A DNA stretch of 64,000 nucleotides, taken from Chlamydiota bacterium (GTDB lineage: Bacteria; Chlamydiota; Chlamydiia; Chlamydiales; RGXB01). Positions within the stretch are counted from its first letter, which is position 1; each line of letters opens with the position of its first letter. A program made the translations under genes and the position numbers. The notes below the pieces were generated by a model that was not told where the DNA came from, ran no database searches, and saw nothing but the letters and a program-made list of their open reading frames with translations. The stretch is taken from assembly GCA_947494155.1 (NCBI GenBank), contig CANLTW010000003.1, forward strand, positions 32,001 to 96,000. Direction: 5' to 3'. Positions 10,005 through 20,477 of the stretch are shown in pieces.

Positions 10005-10178
10005 ATGATTCAAGTTAAATTACGTCCGGGTGAAACAGTTGATAGATCTCTTCGCCACTTGAAGAAAAAAGTAGATCGCGAAGGAATTATGAAAACTCTT
10101 CGTGCAAGAAGATACTACTTAAAACCCTCTGAAAGACGTAAAATCAAACAAAAAGCGGCTTTAAGACACCGTCCATAA
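10005..10178 (+). CDS. rpsU: 30S ribosomal protein S21 (not in the ORF track)
   Basis: Manual translation MIQVKLRPGETVDRSLRHLKKKVDREGIMKTLRARRYYLKPSERRKIKQKAALRHRP (57 aa); AGGA SD; directly upstream of dnaJ. Confidence 0.95.
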   Translation: MIQVKLRPGETVDRSLRHLKKKVDREGIMKTLRARRYYLKPSERRKIKQKAALRHRP

Positions 10179-10190
10179 CACGATTGTTGC

Positions 10191-11339
10191 ATGTCAAAAG
10201 ATTACTACCAAGTTCTCGGCGTAGCTAAAAGTGCAACGCAAGAAGAAATCAAAAAAGCCTATAGAAAACTTGCTGTAACCTATCACCCTGATAAAAACCA
10301 GGGGGACAAGGAGGCAGAAAAGAAGTTCCAAGAAATTTCTGCTGCCTACGAAGTTCTTAGCGACGAAAAGAAAAGAGAAACTTACGACCGTTTCGGTGCC
10401 GATGCTGTCAATGGACAGGGCGGCTTTGGTGGCCACTATGGCTCCAGCATGGAGGATGCATTGCACACCTTCATGAATGCGTTCGGCCAAGGAAGAGGAG
10501 GATCGATCTTTGAGAGCTTTTTTGGTTTCGAATCCCAAGGAGGCGAGGGCGGAAAATATCCGCAACAGGGTGCAAGTAAACAAATCACTTTAACCCTCTC
10601 ATTCGAAGAGGCGGCTAAAGGGGTAGAAAAAACAGCACTCATACAAGTAGCGCAAAACTGCGAGACCTGTAACGGTTCTGGAGCAAAAAGCGCATCTGAT
10701 ATTCAAACTTGTCCCACCTGCAAAGGAACGGGGCACATTCAGCAGTCGCGCGGCTTTTTTACGATGTCGGGGACATGCCCCACATGTAACGGATCTTGTG
10801 AGATCATCAAGAATCCCTGTGGATCGTGCCATGGTCATGGCCAGGTCAAAAATAAAAAACAGGTACAGCTCAATATTCCAGCAGGAGTAGACAATGGGAT
10901 GCGCTTACGCATGCCAGGGTTGGGTGATGCAGGAGTACATGGCGGCCCGAATGGCGACCTTTATGTTGTCATTAAAGTGGAGCCACATGACGTGTTTATC
11001 CGCGAGGGGGATGACCTATATTTAGATCTGCCTATCAGTTTTGTAGAGGCTTCTCTAGGTGCCAAAAAAGAGATCCCTACTCTTTTAAGTGGCAGCTACA
11101 AGCTCACTATTCCTGAAGGGACACAAAATGGCAAAATCCTCAAGATTAAAGGAGAGGGTTTTACAAACGTTCACTCCAAATCTAAGGGTAGCCTTCTTGT
11201 ACGGATTCAAGTTGAGGTTCCCGTAAATCTCAATGAGGAACAAAAAGATCTCTTAAGAAAGTTTCAAAGTATTGAAAGCCCCTCTAATCTACCAAGAAAG
11301 AAAAGCTTTTTCGAAAAAATCGCCTCTTTTCTTAGCTAG
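10191..11339 (+). CDS. dnaJ: Chaperone DnaJ
   Basis: J-domain HPD, G/F-rich region, four CxxCxGx(G) zinc-finger repeats. Confidence 0.98.
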   Translation: MSKDYYQVLGVAKSATQEEIKKAYRKLAVTYHPDKNQGDKEAEKKFQEISAAYEVLSDEKKRETYDRFGADAVNGQGGFGGHYGSSMEDALHTFMNAFGQGRGGSIFESFFGFESQGGEGGKYPQQGASKQITLTLSFEEAAKGVEKTALIQVAQNCETCNGSGAKSASDIQTCPTCKGTGHIQQSRGFFTMSGTCPTCNGSCEIIKNPCGSCHGHGQVKNKKQVQLNIPAGVDNGMRLRMPGLGDAGVHGGPNGDLYVVIKVEPHDVFIREGDDLYLDLPISFVEASLGAKKEIPTLLSGSYKLTIPEGTQNGKILKIKGEGFTNVHSKSKGSLLVRIQVEVPVNLNEEQKDLLRKFQSIESPSNLPRKKSFFEKIASFLS

Positions 11340-11342
11340 TAC

Positions 11343-11380
11343 TAAAGAAAACAACTCCTAGAGTTGTTTTCTTTATCTTT
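11343..11380 (+). terminator. Intrinsic terminator after dnaJ
   Basis: Perfect 15-bp inverted repeat TAAAGAAAACAACTC-CTA-GAGTTGTTTTCTTTA followed by a T-rich tract. Confidence 0.75.
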
Positions 11381-11538
11381 TACATCCTCTATTCGTCGAA
11401 TTTTTATCCCTCTTTTCGTTAGATTGAATTCCCACCTCCTATTTTCTTTTACCTTATATCAACTTGTATCAACAGGTACCTCAAAAAGATAAAATAGAAA
11501 CAAGAACGTTGGATCTTAAAACTACTCACAATGTAAAT

Positions 11539-11570
11539 AAAAAAAGCCCCAGATATATTTCTGGGGCTTT
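11539..11570 (-). terminator. Intrinsic terminator after tRNA-Leu
   Basis: AAAGCCCCAGA..TCTGGGGCTTT hairpin followed by a T-run on the minus strand. Confidence 0.8.
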
Positions 11571-11572
11571 AT

Positions 11573-11655
11573 TGCGCAGAACAGGAGTCGAACCTGCACG
11601 GCCTAAAGGCCAAGGGATTTTAAGTCCCTAGTGTCTACCATTCCACCACCTGCGC
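11573..11655 (-). tRNA. tRNA-Leu (anticodon UAA), CCA not encoded
   Basis: Reverse complement GCGCAGGTGGTGGAATGGTAGACACTAGGGACTTAAAATCCCTTGGCCTTTAGGCCGTGCAGGTTCGACTCCTGTTCTGCGCA: cloverleaf, long variable arm, GTTCGA T-loop. Confidence 0.96.
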
Positions 11656-11681
11656 AAAGAGGGGTTTCAGGTTTCGGGATA

Positions 11682-12467
11682 TTATACCTCTTTAGAAGAT
11701 TCTAGTGAAGTATTTTCCTCTCCACTCGATGTGGAACCAGCGGATAAAGAGTGGATCTCATCAGAGGGATTGAGCTGTATCTCTTGCAAAGGTGCCTCCG
11801 TAACCTCTAAGGGAGAGGTGGGTAGAAGAGGTTCTTGATGAACTGTCTCGCTTTTGCGATGGGAGAGTGCGCTGATGATGAGTGCCGGGGGTGGAGTGAT
11901 GAATTTGGGTGCGATACTCGTAGGAGATGAAACAAGAGCTTCATCCTTGGTATCCCCTCCTTTGTCACCTTCAGTAGAGACTTCCTCCTGCGTAACGTCG
12001 GTAGGTGTGAAACGTTGCTGCTTCTGACGATCACGTTTACGTCTATTGCGCTTGGATTTTTTATCATCACGTTGGGACGATGCAGATGTATCCTCAGTCA
12101 GCTCTTCTTTTGGCTCCTCTGAGATCTCCTCCTCTTCAGTGAGGATCTCCTCTTCAGGAAGCTCTTTTGCAGTTTTATGCAAATGCTCCTTGGAGCTTTG
12201 AATTTTGACCGACTTTTCAGGTGTAGAATTTTTTAAAATAAAGCGGGTCTCTTTAACCTCGCTGACCTCATAATCACCAACTGGAAAAAAGAAAGGTTTT
12301 GGTTTTTCTTGGCAGCGGAAAAAGTGGGAATTACCAAAAGATACTATCTCAACAGCATCTACGAGAATCTCACGATTCTCCTGGATTTTTGTAGAGCGTA
12401 TCGATAATTTAAATCCGTCTCGTGCGGAAATTATCGATTCTATAATGGGTTCTCTAGTAAAGTTCAC
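11682..12467 (-). CDS. grgA: Chlamydia-specific transcription factor GrgA
   Basis: N-terminus FTREPIIESIISARDGFKLSIR resembles the GrgA (CT504) N-terminus as recalled; acidic and K/R-rich tracts; adjacent to gap as in Chlamydia. Confidence 0.85.
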   Translation of the reverse strand: MNFTREPIIESIISARDGFKLSIRSTKIQENREILVDAVEIVSFGNSHFFRCQEKPKPFFFPVGDYEVSEVKETRFILKNSTPEKSVKIQSSKEHLHKTAKELPEEEILTEEEEISEEPKEELTEDTSASSQRDDKKSKRNRRKRDRQKQQRFTPTDVTQEEVSTEGDKGGDTKDEALVSSPTSIAPKFITPPPALIISALSHRKSETVHQEPLLPTSPLEVTEAPLQEIQLNPSDEIHSLSAGSTSSGEENTSLESSKEV

Positions 12468-12474
12468 AGATTAT

Positions 12475-13467
12475 CTATCCATTTTTTTCTAAGCGTTGCA
12501 TGACAACATCACATACGCGGGAAGAGTATCCCCACTCGTTATCATACCAAGCTATTAATTTATAAAAAGATTCGTTTAATTGTACGCAGGAGGTTGCATC
12601 CACAATACATGAGTGTGTATCCCCTTTAAAATCGGAGGAAACTCCCTCCTCCTTTGAAACGGCTAAAATACCCTTTAATCTTGTATTTTCCTCCTCAAGC
12701 AGGTGATTAAGAATCTGCTCCAAGGATGTTTTGCGTTCAAAACGAACAGTTAAATCTACGACCGAAACGGTCGAGACAGGGACTCTAAAAGCGATACCTG
12801 TCAATTTACCTTTAAGTGCCGGATACACAATACCAACCGCCTTTGCAGCGCCGGTAGTGGAAGGCACGATATTTTGAAATGCAGAGCGACCATCACGTAA
12901 ATCATCACGATAGCCGTCTACTAATAATTGACTCTGAGTGCACGCATGCACAGTTGTCATCAAAGCTTCTATTATCTGAAACTTTTCATGTACAGATCTT
13001 GCAAGAGGGGCTAAGCAGTTTGTGGTGCAGGATGCGATAGAAATCTCACGATGGTTTTCACTCAATATACTATCATTCACTCCAAGTACAACCATAGGTA
13101 TGTCTTTGGAAGGTCCTGTAACAATAACACTATTTTTTGCCCGATGCTTGCTGGCTTTGTCAAGCGTCGTAAAACGGCCTGTTGACTCTATTACAATATC
13201 CACATCCCAAGGTATATTTTCAGGAGACGTTTCCTTGTAAATAGGGATCGTTAAAGATCCAACCTGCACTGCTGAATCAGTAGAAACAACGGCATGGTTA
13301 AAATGACCGTAGTTTGTATCAAACAAAAGAGAATAACGGATTTGATTAGGTGTGGCTAGGTCATTGATAAAAAACTGAACATCTTTGTTTTTAAGACGCT
13401 CAAAAAGTTGTCTAAAAACAATTTTACCGATTCGACCGAAACCGTTGATTCCTATTTTGACTGACAC
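12475..13467 (-). CDS. gap: Glyceraldehyde-3-phosphate dehydrogenase (type I)
   Basis: GINGFGRIG, ASCTTNCLAP and WYDNEWGYS motifs. Confidence 0.98.
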   Translation of the reverse strand: MSVKIGINGFGRIGKIVFRQLFERLKNKDVQFFINDLATPNQIRYSLLFDTNYGHFNHAVVSTDSAVQVGSLTIPIYKETSPENIPWDVDIVIESTGRFTTLDKASKHRAKNSVIVTGPSKDIPMVVLGVNDSILSENHREISIASCTTNCLAPLARSVHEKFQIIEALMTTVHACTQSQLLVDGYRDDLRDGRSAFQNIVPSTTGAAKAVGIVYPALKGKLTGIAFRVPVSTVSVVDLTVRFERKTSLEQILNHLLEEENTRLKGILAVSKEEGVSSDFKGDTHSCIVDATSCVQLNESFYKLIAWYDNEWGYSSRVCDVVMQRLEKNG

Positions 13468-13534
13468 AACTGATTTCTCCCAGAATAAACTATTCCCCCA
13501 TCATAGAAATGAAAGGGGAATAATTTAAAGAATT

Positions 13535-13963
13535 TTATGCTTCAAGGTATTGAATAACGCACATTTGTGCATCATCACCAATCCTATTGGCCGTCTTGAT
13601 GATACGTGTATAGCCGCCGTTTCTTTCTTTAAAACGGGGACCAAGAACGTTCATTAATTTTTCAATCACGAAACGATCGTCATTAAAAGAAGATTTATCA
13701 CCATTTTTTGCAGCTCGTGCCTCTTTGGTAGTCAGTTCATTGAAACGGACTCTTAATTTCGCCACTAGAGATCTTCTGCTTGAAAGAGTGTTCTCTTTTG
13801 CCAAAGTAATCGCTCTATCGGCATAACGACGAAGAACTTTTGCCTTTGGAAGTGTTGTTTCAATCGATTCTTTCATAACCAAAGCCTTGGTCATGTTAGC
13901 AAGCATGGCTTCCCTATGAGAAGAGGTTTTGCCAAGTCTTTCGCTACGTTTTCTATGCCTCAT
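13535..13963 (-). CDS. rplQ: 50S ribosomal protein L17
   Basis: [24 protein letters not shown]; chlamydial-type insertion. Confidence 0.97.
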   Translation of the reverse strand: MRHRKRSERLGKTSSHREAMLANMTKALVMKESIETTLPKAKVLRRYADRAITLAKENTLSSRRSLVAKLRVRFNELTTKEARAAKNGDKSSFNDDRFVIEKLMNVLGPRFKERNGGYTRIIKTANRIGDDAQMCVIQYLEA

Positions 13964-15125
13964 CTTCGTCCTCTTCGGTCTCAGGTTCTTCTTCTGTTAG
14001 AGAATCTTCTTCGTATACTTCGTCTTCGTAATCCTCATCTTCTTCTTCGAAATCTGAAAGATCTGCGCCGCCGAAATACTCCTTCACGTGCTCTGGGTCA
14101 ATACCATATTTGGTAAGATCCATTCCAAGTGAAAGACCCATCTCTTCGAGTTTAGCCTTGATTTCGTTTAAAGATTTCTTGCCGAAGTTTCTAAATTTAA
14201 GCATCTCTTGCTCTGTTTTCGAAACAAGCTCTGCTATGGTGGAGATATTAGCACCATGCAAGCAGTTTGTTGAACGGACAGATAACTCAATCTCTGATAT
14301 TTTCAATGCAAGCTTTGACAGTATCGCGTCACGATCTGAAGAATCTTCTTTCTCAGCATTGTCAAAAGTGATCTGTTGCATTTTTAGAGGGTCAAAGACA
14401 TTCAGATGCAAAGATAAAATTTGAACAGCGTGCGTCATCGCTTCATCGGGTGTGATACGACCGTCAGTTGTTACTTCAACTACAAGACGATCCAGATCAG
14501 TTTCACCACCTACACGGCAACCCTCGATAAAGTAGTTTACGTGTCGAACGGGTGAAAAAGCTGCATCCAAAACAATTTCACTAAAAGAGGGGTCGTTAAG
14601 CTGAATACGCTCTGACGGACAGTATCCTCTACCAAGCGCAATCTTAAAATCGATTGTGCGTGTCATCGGTTTGGTCACGGTAAATAACTTGTGGTGGGGA
14701 TTAATCACCTCAAATTCTGACTCTTGGAAAAGATCTTTCACTTGAACAGTGTAGTTTCCATTTCCCTCTTGAATCATTTCATTGGTAACATTCAATTGGA
14801 ATGAATAACGCTTGATTCCACGTGGGGATACTTGACCTTCAACAGGAACTTTTCGTAGAAGTACCCCTTTGAAGTTGATGATGATGGAGGTCATATCCTC
14901 AATCACACCATCAATACCGGTATACTCATGTGGTACGCCCTCCATACGGAGAGCGACTATTGCATAGGACTCAATCGAAGTGAGCAATACTCTACGAAGA
15001 GCGTTTCCTACAGTATGGCCAAAACCTTTCTCAAAAGGCTCTGCGATATAAACAGATTTATTGTGGTCAATAGATTGACTCTTAATCTGCTTGGGAAGTC
15101 TAAACTCCGCATAAACTACTTGCAT
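13953..15125 (-). CDS. rpoA: RNA polymerase alpha subunit
   Basis: [20 protein letters not shown]; alpha-[13 protein letters not shown] and RNFGKKSL. Confidence 0.98.
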   Translation of the reverse strand: MQVVYAEFRLPKQIKSQSIDHNKSVYIAEPFEKGFGHTVGNALRRVLLTSIESYAIVALRMEGVPHEYTGIDGVIEDMTSIIINFKGVLLRKVPVEGQVSPRGIKRYSFQLNVTNEMIQEGNGNYTVQVKDLFQESEFEVINPHHKLFTVTKPMTRTIDFKIALGRGYCPSERIQLNDPSFSEIVLDAAFSPVRHVNYFIEGCRVGGETDLDRLVVEVTTDGRITPDEAMTHAVQILSLHLNVFDPLKMQQITFDNAEKEDSSDRDAILSKLALKISEIELSVRSTNCLHGANISTIAELVSKTEQEMLKFRNFGKKSLNEIKAKLEEMGLSLGMDLTKYGIDPEHVKEYFGGADLSDFEEEDEDYEDEVYEEDSLTEEEPETEEDEDEA

Positions 15126-15128
15126 AAT

Positions 15129-15527
15129 TTAAACCCTTCTTCTTTTACGTGCTCTGCATCCGTTGTGTGGTATGGGAGTAATATCAACAATCGAAGTAAT
15201 CAATACAGGGTAGTTAGCGATAATACGTACCGCAGAGTCGCGACCTGGTCCTGGACCATTGAGACGAACCTCTACCTCTTGGATTGAAAACGGAGAAAGT
15301 TTTTCCATCACAATCTGTGTTGCGCAGCTAGCTGCGTATGGTGTAGATTTTTTTGAACCTTTAAAACCGGCAGCTGCAGCTGAGCTCCAAGCGAGGGTGT
15401 TCCCCTGCAAGTCGGTCGCTGTAACAATCGTGTTGTTAAAGGATGCGTTGATGTGAAGAATAATATTGGGAACAGAACGCTTTTCTTTGCGTGTGCTAGT
15501 TCCAGATTTTTTAGCTACAGTAACCAA
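15129..15527 (-). CDS. rpsK: 30S ribosomal protein S11
   Basis: ASFNNTIVT, KKSTPYAA, PHNGCR. Confidence 0.97.
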   Translation of the reverse strand: MVTVAKKSGTSTRKEKRSVPNIILHINASFNNTIVTATDLQGNTLAWSSAAAAGFKGSKKSTPYAASCATQIVMEKLSPFSIQEVEVRLNGPGPGRDSAVRIIANYPVLITSIVDITPIPHNGCRARKRRRV

Positions 15528-15537
15528 AGCTCAACCC

Positions 15538-15906
15538 CTATGCCTTCTTATTAGCAACAGTTTTGCGTTTTCCCTTTCTTGTGCGAGAATTTGTACGAGT
15601 ACGCTGTCCTCGACAAGGGAGATTTAATTTGTGACGTGAACCTCTATACGACTTAATCGTGATATGTCGGCGGATGTCGTTTTGCACCTTACGTTTTAAG
15701 TCCCCTTCTACAAGATATTGCGCTTGAAGAAGCTGGTTAATACGCGAAAGGTCGTTTTCACCTAGTGAGTGAGCACGCACTTGTGGATCCAAGCTTAGTT
15801 CTTCACAAATTTTGAGAGCCAGAGTGGGTCCAATTCCATAGATATAACGAAGGCTGATGTGTAAGGGCTTGTTATCGGGAATGTCGACACCTAAAATACG
15901 AGGCAT
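15538..15906 (-). CDS. rpsM: 30S ribosomal protein S13
   Basis: IYGIG, RGQRTRTNSRTRKG. Confidence 0.97.
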   Translation of the reverse strand: MPRILGVDIPDNKPLHISLRYIYGIGPTLALKICEELSLDPQVRAHSLGENDLSRINQLLQAQYLVEGDLKRKVQNDIRRHITIKSYRGSRHKLNLPCRGQRTRTNSRTRKGKRKTVANKKA

Positions 15907-15936
15907 ACATTTCTACCTTTTAGAGTTTCAAAAAAG

Positions 15937-17298
15937 TTAATACTTTCCTTTTGACATGAAGCCGTCATACCGCTTCATGATCAGGTGGGATTCAATTTGT
16001 TTCATAGTGTCCAATACGACACCTACAAGGATTAACAACGAGGTCCCACCAAAAAAGTTGCTAATATTTGCGTCAACGGACAAAAGTTTGCTTACCACGG
16101 TTGGAAGAATCGCAATCAGAGCCAAGGAAAAGGCTCCAGCCATAACAATCTTATTCATCGATTGTTCTAGATAATCCTGGGTAGGCTTACCTTGACGAAC
16201 ACCGGGAATAAAGGCTCCGTTCTTTTTCAGCTCGGAGGCGATTTGTTCTGGGTGAAACTGCGTAGTCGTCCAAAAATAGGTAAAAAATATAATCAATAAA
16301 GACAAAACAATCAAGTAGCTTATCGTGCCAGGTGAGAGGAGGCCGGCTATCCAGTCGAAAAACCCCTCTTTTCCAACAAGTTGTGACACGAACGCCAATG
16401 ACATCAAAAAAGTATTTGCAAAGATAACAGGTACAACGCCGGCATAGTTTAGTTTTAAGGGAATATTTGCAGATCCCCCTTGAACTTCCTGGCGACCAAC
16501 CATCCTGCGTGCATACTGTACCGGGATATTCCTTTGTCCCTGAACTAGATATATCGTACCCACGAGAATAGCCACAAAAAAAGAGGCTAGTACTGCGACG
16601 GAGACGAAGGTCAACTGTCCCGATTCCTGAGAGTCGAGGTTAAGTTGCTTAATTATATTTCCTAGAACCGAAGGGAAGGAGGAGAGGATACCGAGAGTGA
16701 TAATAAGGGAAACCCCATTACCAATTCCTCTCTCCGTAATCATCTCGCCGAGCCACATCAAAAGAAGTGTCCCAGTTGTCATTGTAAGCACCACAAGTAG
16801 GATAAACAGCCATGGGTAGCCTGCAACTTCAAAGTTCAAGAGCTCTTGAACAATTATACCTGGATTGGAGTTGTTTATCTTGACTGCGTACAAGGCATAC
16901 ACAGTGGACTGCACCACTGCAAGAAGCAAGGTAATAAACCTTGTTGCTTTGCCGATTTTCCTTTTTCCTGCCTCATGGTTTTCCCGAATCTCTCTTTGCA
17001 AGGAGGGAATCAGTGTAACCATGATTTGCATCAGGATCGAGGCAGAAATGTACGGCATCACACCCAGAGCAATCACTGTCATTTGTGCAAAAGCTCCGCC
17101 CGAAAAAATATCTACCAGTTGGAAGAGGTTCTGCCCTCCACCCGCTGTAAACTTGAATAATCTTACGACCTCCTCAGCATTTACACCAGGAACAGTAATA
17201 TAGGCACCCACACGACAAAGAGCTAGTAGCACAATGGTAAAAATGAGCTTCTCTTTGAGCTGTGGTATGGAGAACATCTTTTTAAAGGCAGATATCAT
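15937..17298 (-). CDS. secY: Preprotein translocase SecY
   Basis: ALGVMPYISASI, GIGNGVSL, IPGVRQG, GGTSLLI; multiple TMs. Confidence 0.98.
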   Translation of the reverse strand: MISAFKKMFSIPQLKEKLIFTIVLLALCRVGAYITVPGVNAEEVVRLFKFTAGGGQNLFQLVDIFSGGAFAQMTVIALGVMPYISASILMQIMVTLIPSLQREIRENHEAGKRKIGKATRFITLLLAVVQSTVYALYAVKINNSNPGIIVQELLNFEVAGYPWLFILLVVLTMTTGTLLLMWLGEMITERGIGNGVSLIITLGILSSFPSVLGNIIKQLNLDSQESGQLTFVSVAVLASFFVAILVGTIYLVQGQRNIPVQYARRMVGRQEVQGGSANIPLKLNYAGVVPVIFANTFLMSLAFVSQLVGKEGFFDWIAGLLSPGTISYLIVLSLLIIFFTYFWTTTQFHPEQIASELKKNGAFIPGVRQGKPTQDYLEQSMNKIVMAGAFSLALIAILPTVVSKLLSVDANISNFFGGTSLLILVGVVLDTMKQIESHLIMKRYDGFMSKGKY

Positions 17299-17321
17299 AG
17301 GGCTTCGCTTAAATTTTTTGA

Positions 17322-17771
17322 TTAGACGATTTTATACTCTATCCGATTCTTTTCAAGAAATTCTAACGCAGAACGTGAAAATGCATTCGCTTCGATGCGA
17401 ATAGCACTCTTAAGTTCCCCTGTTCCTAAAATCTTGATAAGAAAATTCTCGTTAATTGCACGAATAATTCCTCTTTTGCGTAGAAGATCGCGATTGAACA
17501 CTTTCTCTTCGCCTAAAAGGGAGTCTATATTTCCTAAATTGAAAATTAGAACCTGTTTAGCGTGCTTTGCGTTAGAAAAACCGCGAATAGGGAGCTTTTT
17601 AAATAAAGCACCTTGTCCACCCTCGGCTCCATAACGGCGGGTATAACCCGATCGTGATCCGGCACCTTTAACTCCACGACCACAGGTCTTACCTTTTCCG
17701 GATCCGATTCCTCGGCCAACGCGCATTCTGCGCTTATGGTTTAAACCTTCAAATTGTTCGTATAAGTTCAT
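17322..17771 (-). CDS. rplO: 50S ribosomal protein L15
   Basis: RVGRGIGSGKGKTCGRG, EGGQ, LPIRGF. Confidence 0.96.
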   Translation of the reverse strand: MNLYEQFEGLNHKRRMRVGRGIGSGKGKTCGRGVKGAGSRSGYTRRYGAEGGQGALFKKLPIRGFSNAKHAKQVLIFNLGNIDSLLGEEKVFNRDLLRKRGIIRAINENFLIKILGTGELKSAIRIEANAFSRSALEFLEKNRIEYKIV

Positions 17772-18250
17772 TAGACACCTACCTTAGCTGAGGATTCCAA
17801 TTGCTCCAAAGCTGCAATCGTGGCACGCACGATATTCGCAGGATTACGACCTTTTAGAACCTTAGCAACAATATTTTTGACACCTAGTTGCTCCAGAAGG
17901 ATACGAACATACGAACCAGCGATAATACCTGTTCCGTCTTCCGTCGGCTTAATCAAAACTTCTGTACCGTCGGCTGCGCCGTGTACTTGATGTTCAATCG
18001 TGATTTCACCGATGGGGTATTGACGTACGTTTTTCATAGCTGATTCGGTACCCTTACGGATCGCATCAGATACGTCTGACGCCTTTCCAAATCCGATCCC
18101 GAGACGACCTTTTCCATCCCCTACTGATACAAGAGCGGAGAAGCTAAAGGTGCGACCACCTTTAACAACTTTTGCACAGCGGTTTACAAAAAGGACTTTG
18201 TCTTGTAGATCTGAGGACTCTTTGTGCTGTCCTTTTTTATCAAATGACAT
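17771..18250 (-). CDS. rpsE: 30S ribosomal protein S5
   Basis: KVVKGGRTFSFSALV, GTGIIAG. Confidence 0.96.
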   Translation of the reverse strand: MSFDKKGQHKESSDLQDKVLFVNRCAKVVKGGRTFSFSALVSVGDGKGRLGIGFGKASDVSDAIRKGTESAMKNVRQYPIGEITIEHQVHGAADGTEVLIKPTEDGTGIIAGSYVRILLEQLGVKNIVAKVLKGRNPANIVRATIAALEQLESSAKVGV

Positions 18251-18267
18251 TTTTCTCTCTCTACTCT

Positions 18268-18612
18268 TTAGAATTTCAAACCATTCTCACGAGCAGAGTC
18301 GGCAAAAGCCTTGACCCGGCCATGAAATTTGCTGGCGCCACGATCGAAAACGACCTCTTCGACTTTCTTCTCAGCTACTTTCGCCGCAAAAGCTGCGCCA
18401 AATTTAGCTGCGATTTCTGTCTTTGTCGCTCCTTCAAAAGAGCTGGATGAGAGACCCACGAGTGTAACTCCTTGGGTGTCATCAATCAATTGAGCGTAGA
18501 GATGCTTATGGGATTTGAATACTGAAAGACGTGGTCTATTCGATACTGCTTTAATTCCGCTACGCACTCTCATAGCCCGTTTTTCTTTGAGACTATATTT
18601 TTTATGTGACAT
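18268..18612 (-). CDS. rplR: 50S ribosomal protein L18
   Basis: RPRLSVFKS, VVFDRG, HGRVKAFADSARE. Confidence 0.96.
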   Translation of the reverse strand: MSHKKYSLKEKRAMRVRSGIKAVSNRPRLSVFKSHKHLYAQLIDDTQGVTLVGLSSSSFEGATKTEIAAKFGAAFAAKVAEKKVEEVVFDRGASKFHGRVKAFADSARENGLKF

Positions 18613-18621
18613 AACTATTCT

Positions 18622-19161
18622 CTACTTTTTGGATGCAGATTTACCCGCTTTGAGCTTGATATACTCGCCCTCATAACGGATACCTTTGCCCTTATAAGGC
18701 TCAGGCTTCTTAATTTCACGAATTGTTGCGGCAAAGTGGCCTACTTTCTGCTTGTCGATTCCGGTGATAGTAATCATCGTTTGCTTTTCGACTGCTACAG
18801 TAAGACCCTCAGGAATTTCCACCTTTACTGGATGGGAAAAACCGAGTGCTAGGTCTAAAGACTTTCCAACAACTTGCGCTTTAAATCCCACTCCTACGAG
18901 CTGAAGTTTCTTTTCGAAACCTTTCTCTACTCCCATAAGGGCGTTGCGGATCAAAGCGAATTCTGTACCCAAAAACTTTTTTTCGCTGAACTCGTCTTTT
19001 GGAAGAACAAACAACTCTTGCCCTTTTATTTCGACGTGCACTTGCGAGTTGACTTCTCTTTTCAAGGTCCCTTTTGTTCCTTGAATAGTGAGAAGACTTC
19101 CAGTTTGTGTCACCTTGTGTTTGGATGAGATAATCAAGGGTTTTTTTGCTAACTTAGACAT
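18622..19161 (-). CDS. rplF: 50S ribosomal protein L6
   Basis: LVGVGFKA, LGFSHP, PEPYKGKGIRY. Confidence 0.97.
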   Translation of the reverse strand: MSKLAKKPLIISSKHKVTQTGSLLTIQGTKGTLKREVNSQVHVEIKGQELFVLPKDEFSEKKFLGTEFALIRNALMGVEKGFEKKLQLVGVGFKAQVVGKSLDLALGFSHPVKVEIPEGLTVAVEKQTMITITGIDKQKVGHFAATIREIKKPEPYKGKGIRYEGEYIKLKAGKSASKK

Positions 19162-19173
19162 GGACTCCTCGCG

Positions 19174-19566
19174 TCATGAGACACTACAAATAATTTCGCC
19201 GCCAATTCCTCTTTTGCGAGCTTCGCTGCCAGAGATGACTCCCTGAGATGTGGAGATAACAATATCTCCTCTGCGATTCTTGACATAAGGGATGGTTTCA
19301 GCTGTTACATATAAACGGCGACCCGGAGAGGAAAGCCGTCTGAGTGTGGAGATTCTTGAATGTCTGTTCATGCCATAACGCAAGTAGACTCTCAGAAGCT
19401 TCAACTCCTCATTGATAATAAAATCGTTGATGAACCCAAGCTCTTTTAGAACGGTGAGAATTGCAACCTTTTGCTTAGAAAGGGGGCAATCAACGTACTT
19501 GTGTTCAGCTGCGATCCCGTTCTTGATGCGAACAATAAGATCTGCGATTGGATCTGATACGGTCAT
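19174..19566 (-). CDS. rpsH: 30S ribosomal protein S8
   Basis: DPIADLIVRIKN, SSPGRRLY, STSQG, GGE. Confidence 0.96.
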   Translation of the reverse strand: MTVSDPIADLIVRIKNGIAAEHKYVDCPLSKQKVAILTVLKELGFINDFIINEELKLLRVYLRYGMNRHSRISTLRRLSSPGRRLYVTAETIPYVKNRRGDIVISTSQGVISGSEARKRGIGGEIICSVS

Positions 19567-19575
19567 GGATTACAC

Positions 19576-20130
19576 CTATTTTTTAAATGGAACTCCGAGA
19601 GCTGACAATAAATGAAAGCACTCGTCTTCGTTTTTCGCCGTTGTTACGATTTGAACATTCAAACCGATAACATGTTTCACTTTATCAAAGTCGATCTCCT
19701 GGAAGCACTCGCATCTTGATAGTCCAAAAGCGTAGTTCCCCTTGTGAAACTTTTTAGGTAATCCTTGGAAATCCTGTGTCGCAGGAAGGGACATTGTGTT
19801 CATTCGATCAAGGAAATCCCACATACGGTCCCCACGAAGTGTAACCTTCGCACCTAATTCTTGCCCCTCGCGCAATTTAAAGTTAGAAACAGATTTTCTA
19901 GCTTTAGTCTTTACCGGCATTTGGCCGCTGATCATACTAAGTGAATAAACTGCATCTTGGATAACTGCTTTATCTTTTAATGCCTCTTTCAACCCCGTGC
20001 TGATAACGATTTTTTCCAATTTCGGTACAAGATGGGGGTTACTGTATTTGTAACGCTCAGTAAGGTCCCCTCGCACTTTATCAGTGTAAAGAGTTTTAAG
20101 TCGGGGCTTAGATAACTTTTGAGTCGACAT
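19576..20130 (-). CDS. rplE: 50S ribosomal protein L5
   Basis: PKLEKIVI, ISGQ, ARKSVSNFKLREG, KVTLRG. Confidence 0.96.
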   Translation of the reverse strand: MSTQKLSKPRLKTLYTDKVRGDLTERYKYSNPHLVPKLEKIVISTGLKEALKDKAVIQDAVYSLSMISGQMPVKTKARKSVSNFKLREGQELGAKVTLRGDRMWDFLDRMNTMSLPATQDFQGLPKKFHKGNYAFGLSRCECFQEIDFDKVKHVIGLNVQIVTTAKNEDECFHLLSALGVPFKK

Positions 20131-20132
20131 AA

Positions 20133-20468
20133 CTATTTAGCCTCTACACTCTTTTTAATTGGGCGAATTACTTCGCCGGTTTTACGATTCACAAGAACTT
20201 TACCGTCTTTTTGATGGTTTGTTCTTGAAACTTTAATAGCCTTACCCTCTTGGGAAGCAAGGGAAACCTTGCAACTGTAAATAGGGGCCTCTTTCTTTAA
20301 AAGACCACCATTGGGATTTTGCTGAGATTTTTTTACATGGTGTGTCTTAAGCTGCACGCCTTCCACAAGTAGCTTTTGCTTAGCTGGATAAACCGCGAGA
20401 ACTTTCCCCTGTTTACCCTTGTCAGCTCCTGCAGTAACGACAACTGTATCACCTTTTTTGATGTTCAT
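20133..20468 (-). CDS. rplX: 50S ribosomal protein L24
   Basis: KOW motif IKKGDTVVVTAGADKGKQG; operon position. Confidence 0.95.
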   Translation of the reverse strand: MNIKKGDTVVVTAGADKGKQGKVLAVYPAKQKLLVEGVQLKTHHVKKSQQNPNGGLLKKEAPIYSCKVSLASQEGKAIKVSRTNHQKDGKVLVNRKTGEVIRPIKKSVEAK

Positions 20469-20477
20469 TGCTCTACC

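Noticed and set aside
11376..11572. Possible integration site at the tRNA-Leu 3' end
   Set aside because: No integrase, no duplicated tRNA end and no foreign genes; only terminators and a short AT-rich spacer
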